Source: Cyanobacteria bacterium UBA791 (GTDB lineage: Bacteria > Cyanobacteriota > Vampirovibrionia > Gastranaerophilales > Gastranaerophilaceae). From it: a DNA stretch of 64,000 nt. How positions within the stretch are numbered: the first letter of the stretch is position 1; the number at the start of each line of letters is the position of its first letter. Below the pieces are notes generated by a model. That model had not been told where the DNA came from and searched no databases. It saw only the letters and a program-made list of their open reading frames with translations. The stretch covers positions 23,793 to 87,792 of the forward strand of contig DBIX01000048.1 of assembly GCA_002297005.1 (NCBI GenBank), written 5' to 3'. The position numbers were made by a program, and so were the translations under genes. Positions 60,796 to 64,000 of this stretch are shown here, piece by piece.

Positions 60796-61860
60796 ATGAT
60801 GAATGTTCTAAAACAACTTGTAAAAGATAAATTTTCACTTCTTGCCCTAATTGTGCTTGTCGTGATTTATATGGCACTTTTATTTGCAGATTTTCTTGCT
60901 CCATATACAAAGGATTTTTCTGATAGAGAACTTTCTTATGTGCCACCATCACCAGTTTTCACAATTGATGAAAATGGTAAACTTTCAAGACCTTACACAT
61001 ATAATTACAAAAGAGAATTTAATCCAGAACTTTTGGAAACAACGTATAAACTTGATAGAAGTCACAAATATTATTTAAAATTTTTAGGTAAAGGCGTTGA
61101 ATACAAGGCTTTTGGCATAATTCCAATGAAAAGACATCTTATAACTGTTGAAAATAACGGCAGATTATATCTTTTAGGTGGAGATATAAACGGTAGAGAT
61201 GTATTTTCAAGACTGCTATTTGGTGGCAGAATTTCCATGACAATAGGATTTTTAGCTTTATTTGTACTATTTCCTATTGGACTTATTTACGGCGGTATTT
61301 CAGGATATTTCGGCGGAAAAATTGATATTCTTATGATGAGATTTGCAGAGGCCGTAATGTCTATACCAAGTTTTTATTTATTAATTATTTTGGCAGCAAT
61401 TCTACCATCTAATATGACAAGTATTCAAAGATTTATGCTTATTGTTGTAATTCTTGCTCTTATAGGTTGGGCAGGATTTGCAAGAGTTGTAAGAGGTATG
61501 GTTTTATCAATAAAAACTCAAGAATTTGTTGAAAGTGCAAAATCTATTGGTGTATCTAATATGGGAATTATTTTAAAACATATTCTTCCTCAAACAACAA
61601 GTTACGTTATTGTTGCAATGACATTATCTGTACCATCATACATATTATCAGAATCAGGTTTAAGCTTCTTGGGACTAGGTATTCAACAACCTGACGCTAG
61701 TTGGGGTAATATGCTTAAAGAGGCACAAGAATACACAAATATTCTTTATAGACCTTGGCTTTTAACTCCTGGTTTCTTAATTTTTGTTGCAGTTCTGTCT
61801 TTTAATCTAATAGGTGATACAATAAGAGATATTTTAGACCCAAAAAGTAAAATGAGATAG
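60796..61860 (+). CDS. ABC transporter permease (OppC/DppC-type)
   Basis: The motifs GRDVFSRLLFG and EFVESAKSIGVSNMGIILKHILPQ (EAA loop) are present. Confidence 0.9.
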   Translation: MMNVLKQLVKDKFSLLALIVLVVIYMALLFADFLAPYTKDFSDRELSYVPPSPVFTIDENGKLSRPYTYNYKREFNPELLETTYKLDRSHKYYLKFLGKGVEYKAFGIIPMKRHLITVENNGRLYLLGGDINGRDVFSRLLFGGRISMTIGFLALFVLFPIGLIYGGISGYFGGKIDILMMRFAEAVMSIPSFYLLIILAAILPSNMTSIQRFMLIVVILALIGWAGFARVVRGMVLSIKTQEFVESAKSIGVSNMGIILKHILPQTTSYVIVAMTLSVPSYILSESGLSFLGLGIQQPDASWGNMLKEAQEYTNILYRPWLLTPGFLIFVAVLSFNLIGDTIRDILDPKSKMR

Positions 61861-62568
61861 GTGGAAATGAGTCAATATTTAATAAGTTTAATATGTTCAG
61901 TAATTTTAGGTTTTTCTCTAGGCTTAGAAAGAGAATTAACAAATAAACAAGCAGGTTTAAGAACACATATTTTTGTATGTTTAGGAGCTTGTGTATTTAC
62001 GTTATTATCAATTTACGGTTTTCCAACATTTGCAATCGGTGATAATGTAATTTTGGCACAAGCAACAGGTATCAGAGATACCTCTCGTGTCGCAGCTCAA
62101 ATCGTAACTGGTATCGGTTTTATTGGTGCTGGTACAGTAATGAAAAATGGTTCATCTGTTCATGGTCTAACAACAGCCTCAACTCTTTGGATTGCAGCTG
62201 CAATCGGTATGGCTTGCGGTGCTGGTCATTTTGGTATCGCTATCTGTACAACTGTATTGAGCGTACTTGTTTTAATCAGTATCAAATGGATTGAAAAAAA
62301 TATTCTTGCAAAAAGAAAAATTAGAAATAAAAGATTAAAACTTTCTTTAAAATGTCAAAAAAATTGCGTAGAAACAGTTCAAGACGATTTAATGAAAGAA
62401 TTTCCATACTTAAATGAAATTAAAAAAGTTGATTCAGATAAAGATCACGACGCAAAAATTGTGGCAGTAATTAATGTAAAAGATAATAAACCGCTACAAA
62501 TGGTTTACAAAAAATGTGAAGCACTTAATGGTATAACTTCAATAGCAATACAGGAAGCTGATGAATAA
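61861..62568 (+). CDS. mgtC: MgtC/SapB-family membrane protein with a C-terminal soluble domain
   Basis: GLERELTNKQAGLRTHIFVCLGA is the MgtC signature. The start is uncertain between GTG 61861 and ATG 61867. It begins immediately after the permease stop. Confidence 0.85.
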   Translation: MEMSQYLISLICSVILGFSLGLERELTNKQAGLRTHIFVCLGACVFTLLSIYGFPTFAIGDNVILAQATGIRDTSRVAAQIVTGIGFIGAGTVMKNGSSVHGLTTASTLWIAAAIGMACGAGHFGIAICTTVLSVLVLISIKWIEKNILAKRKIRNKRLKLSLKCQKNCVETVQDDLMKEFPYLNEIKKVDSDKDHDAKIVAVINVKDNKPLQMVYKKCEALNGITSIAIQEADE

Positions 62569-63862
62569 TAACGAAATAAACAAGGAAGTAAAAGAATATT
62601 CTAAAACATTTTTCATAACTTTTTTTGTAGTTGCAATTATCGTTGCAGGTATAATGACTGTGTCTTGGGTTATGATTCCTAATTCAATTAAAAACCCTGT
62701 TATTTCTAAAAACACAGATGAATTAGATTATTATTTAATCGACTTTTTGATAGAAAAAAATCAATATTTACTTGCAAAATACCCCAAAAATTATGGATAT
62801 AATATCAGATTAGGTACTTTATATGCAATAAAAAGAGATTACGTTAACGCCGAAAAAGAACTAAAAATTGCCGTTGAAAAATCACCATATCTTGCATACA
62901 AAGCAAGATACAAGCTTGCAACCTTGTATATCAAATTAAATAGATTAGACGAAGCTCAAAAATTAATGGATGATATTACAGATAAGCCGGATAAAAAACT
63001 TATCAAAAATAAGGGTATGGTTTATAAAGAAATTGGTGATAAACTTTATACACAAGAATACTATCCATTAGCTTCTACAAAATATGAAAAAGCTATTTTC
63101 TATCTAAAAAGATGTAATAAAAAAGAATTACGTGAAGCACAAATGAAACTTTCTGACTGTTATGAATCAATGGCAGACGTATTTATTGAAAAAGGTTTGA
63201 TTGAAGATGGAACTTTCTATTTAGAAAAAGCTGATAAATTAAATGATAAACCTCAAATCAATTACAAGTTAGCTCTTTTATATATAGAAACAGATCCTAA
63301 CAAAGCTTATGACTTGTTAGAATACGTTAGAAAAGAAGCTCCAGAAATGCTTAATTACTATATGTATTATGATTTGCTAATGAAAATTTCTGAAAGTTCA
63401 GAAGATTTAGGTGATACAGCTGGAAGAGATTTGTATAGAATAAAAGCAAAAAATTTCCAAAACTATGTATCTGATAACATTTTGTACAAAAACGATGTAT
63501 TAGTTCACATGTCAGATATTAATGTTAAATATAATAAAAAGAATAAAAACTTAGACGTTAATATTAAAATTCAATTGAGAAACAATTCTCCATTTAATAT
63601 TAAAGATTTAACTGCAAAATTTGTTTTTAAAGAAAAAGGTCATATAGTCAAAACCTTTGATAAAGCTGTATTTGCTTATGAAAACATCTTTCCAATTGGA
63701 CAACAAACTTCTATAATTTCTCTTCCTACAGAATTAAAAAGTAAAAATTTAAATCCAAAGGAAGATACTCTTGATGTTGATTTTTATTTGTACAAAAAAG
63801 AAAATCATAAACAACTTGTAAAACAATTTAAAATAAAAAAACCAGCTGAACTACTAAAATAG
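62561..63862 (+). CDS. TPR-repeat protein with an N-terminal transmembrane anchor
   Basis: A TM segment (FFITFFVVAIIVAGIMTV) is followed by TPR-like repeats (YNIRLGTLYAIKRDYVNAEKELKIAVEKSP...). It overlaps mgtC by 8 nt. Confidence 0.65.
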   Translation: MNNNEINKEVKEYSKTFFITFFVVAIIVAGIMTVSWVMIPNSIKNPVISKNTDELDYYLIDFLIEKNQYLLAKYPKNYGYNIRLGTLYAIKRDYVNAEKELKIAVEKSPYLAYKARYKLATLYIKLNRLDEAQKLMDDITDKPDKKLIKNKGMVYKEIGDKLYTQEYYPLASTKYEKAIFYLKRCNKKELREAQMKLSDCYESMADVFIEKGLIEDGTFYLEKADKLNDKPQINYKLALLYIETDPNKAYDLLEYVRKEAPEMLNYYMYYDLLMKISESSEDLGDTAGRDLYRIKAKNFQNYVSDNILYKNDVLVHMSDINVKYNKKNKNLDVNIKIQLRNNSPFNIKDLTAKFVFKEKGHIVKTFDKAVFAYENIFPIGQQTSIISLPTELKSKNLNPKEDTLDVDFYLYKKENHKQLVKQFKIKKPAELLK

Positions 63863-63948
63863 TACTATTTTATTTTTTATTATAACCTCATGGCGAATAT
63901 TAAAACTTTTATACTAGTTTAAAATACAGTTAAAAGGAGTAATTATTA

Positions 63949-64000
63949 TGAATGTCGAGGAGAAACTATTGTGTGCCCCTGTCTGCACACTTAAAGAACT
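63949..64000 (+). CDS. Start of an unidentified ORF running off the window
   Basis: An AAAGGAG Shine-Dalgarno sits about 7 nt upstream of the ATG. Translation is MNVEEKLLCAPVCTLKE... Only 17 codons are visible. Confidence 0.25.

Overview
This is an AT-rich (roughly one-third G+C by eye), densely coding bacterial chromosomal segment, and most of it is ordinary housekeeping genome. Recognisable genes are ileS (5' part), a DAACS symporter, recJ, an S41 C-terminal protease, mnmA, rimP-nusA, tuf, ligA, pyruvate:ferredoxin oxidoreductase, a class A PBP, lysS, dnaK and coaD. Also present are a GH35 beta-galactosidase, a partial dcw cluster (murF-mraY-murD-ftsW-murG followed by folC), yajQ, holB/holA, a ROK glucokinase, thiL, an Opp/Dpp-type ABC importer with no ATPase genes, and mgtC. 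There is one tRNA (Cys-GCA). I saw no rRNA, CRISPR array, transposase, integrase or prophage. The gene content suggests an anaerobic, flagellated, diderm, AT-rich lineage: PFOR, an SLH-domain protein, flagellin, and an EF-Tu with the cyanobacterial-type IDAAPEE motif. A non-photosynthetic cyanobacterial relative of the Melainabacteria/Gastranaerophilales type is possible, but that is an unverified inference. I did not find an unambiguous novel multi-gene system. The candidates most worth a second look are: (1) a tandemly duplicated module at 6.8-7.7 kb encoding two paralogous 51-aa basic proteins missing from the ORF track, each behind a sigma-28/FliA-like promoter; (2) a solitary flagellin whose variable region is replaced by a roughly 330-aa GLUG-type glycine-repeat insert, overlapped at its start by an unknown 106-aa ORF; (3) an orphan MotA/ExbB-like plus MotB-like pair, divergent from a 1131-aa triple-zinc-ribbon/STAND-like/TPR protein, with a convergent stand-alone LuxR HTH gene; (4) a cluster of GC-rich palindromic elements in the 0.5-kb gap downstream of nifJ. 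All functional calls rest on motif recognition in the translations, because no searches could be run.
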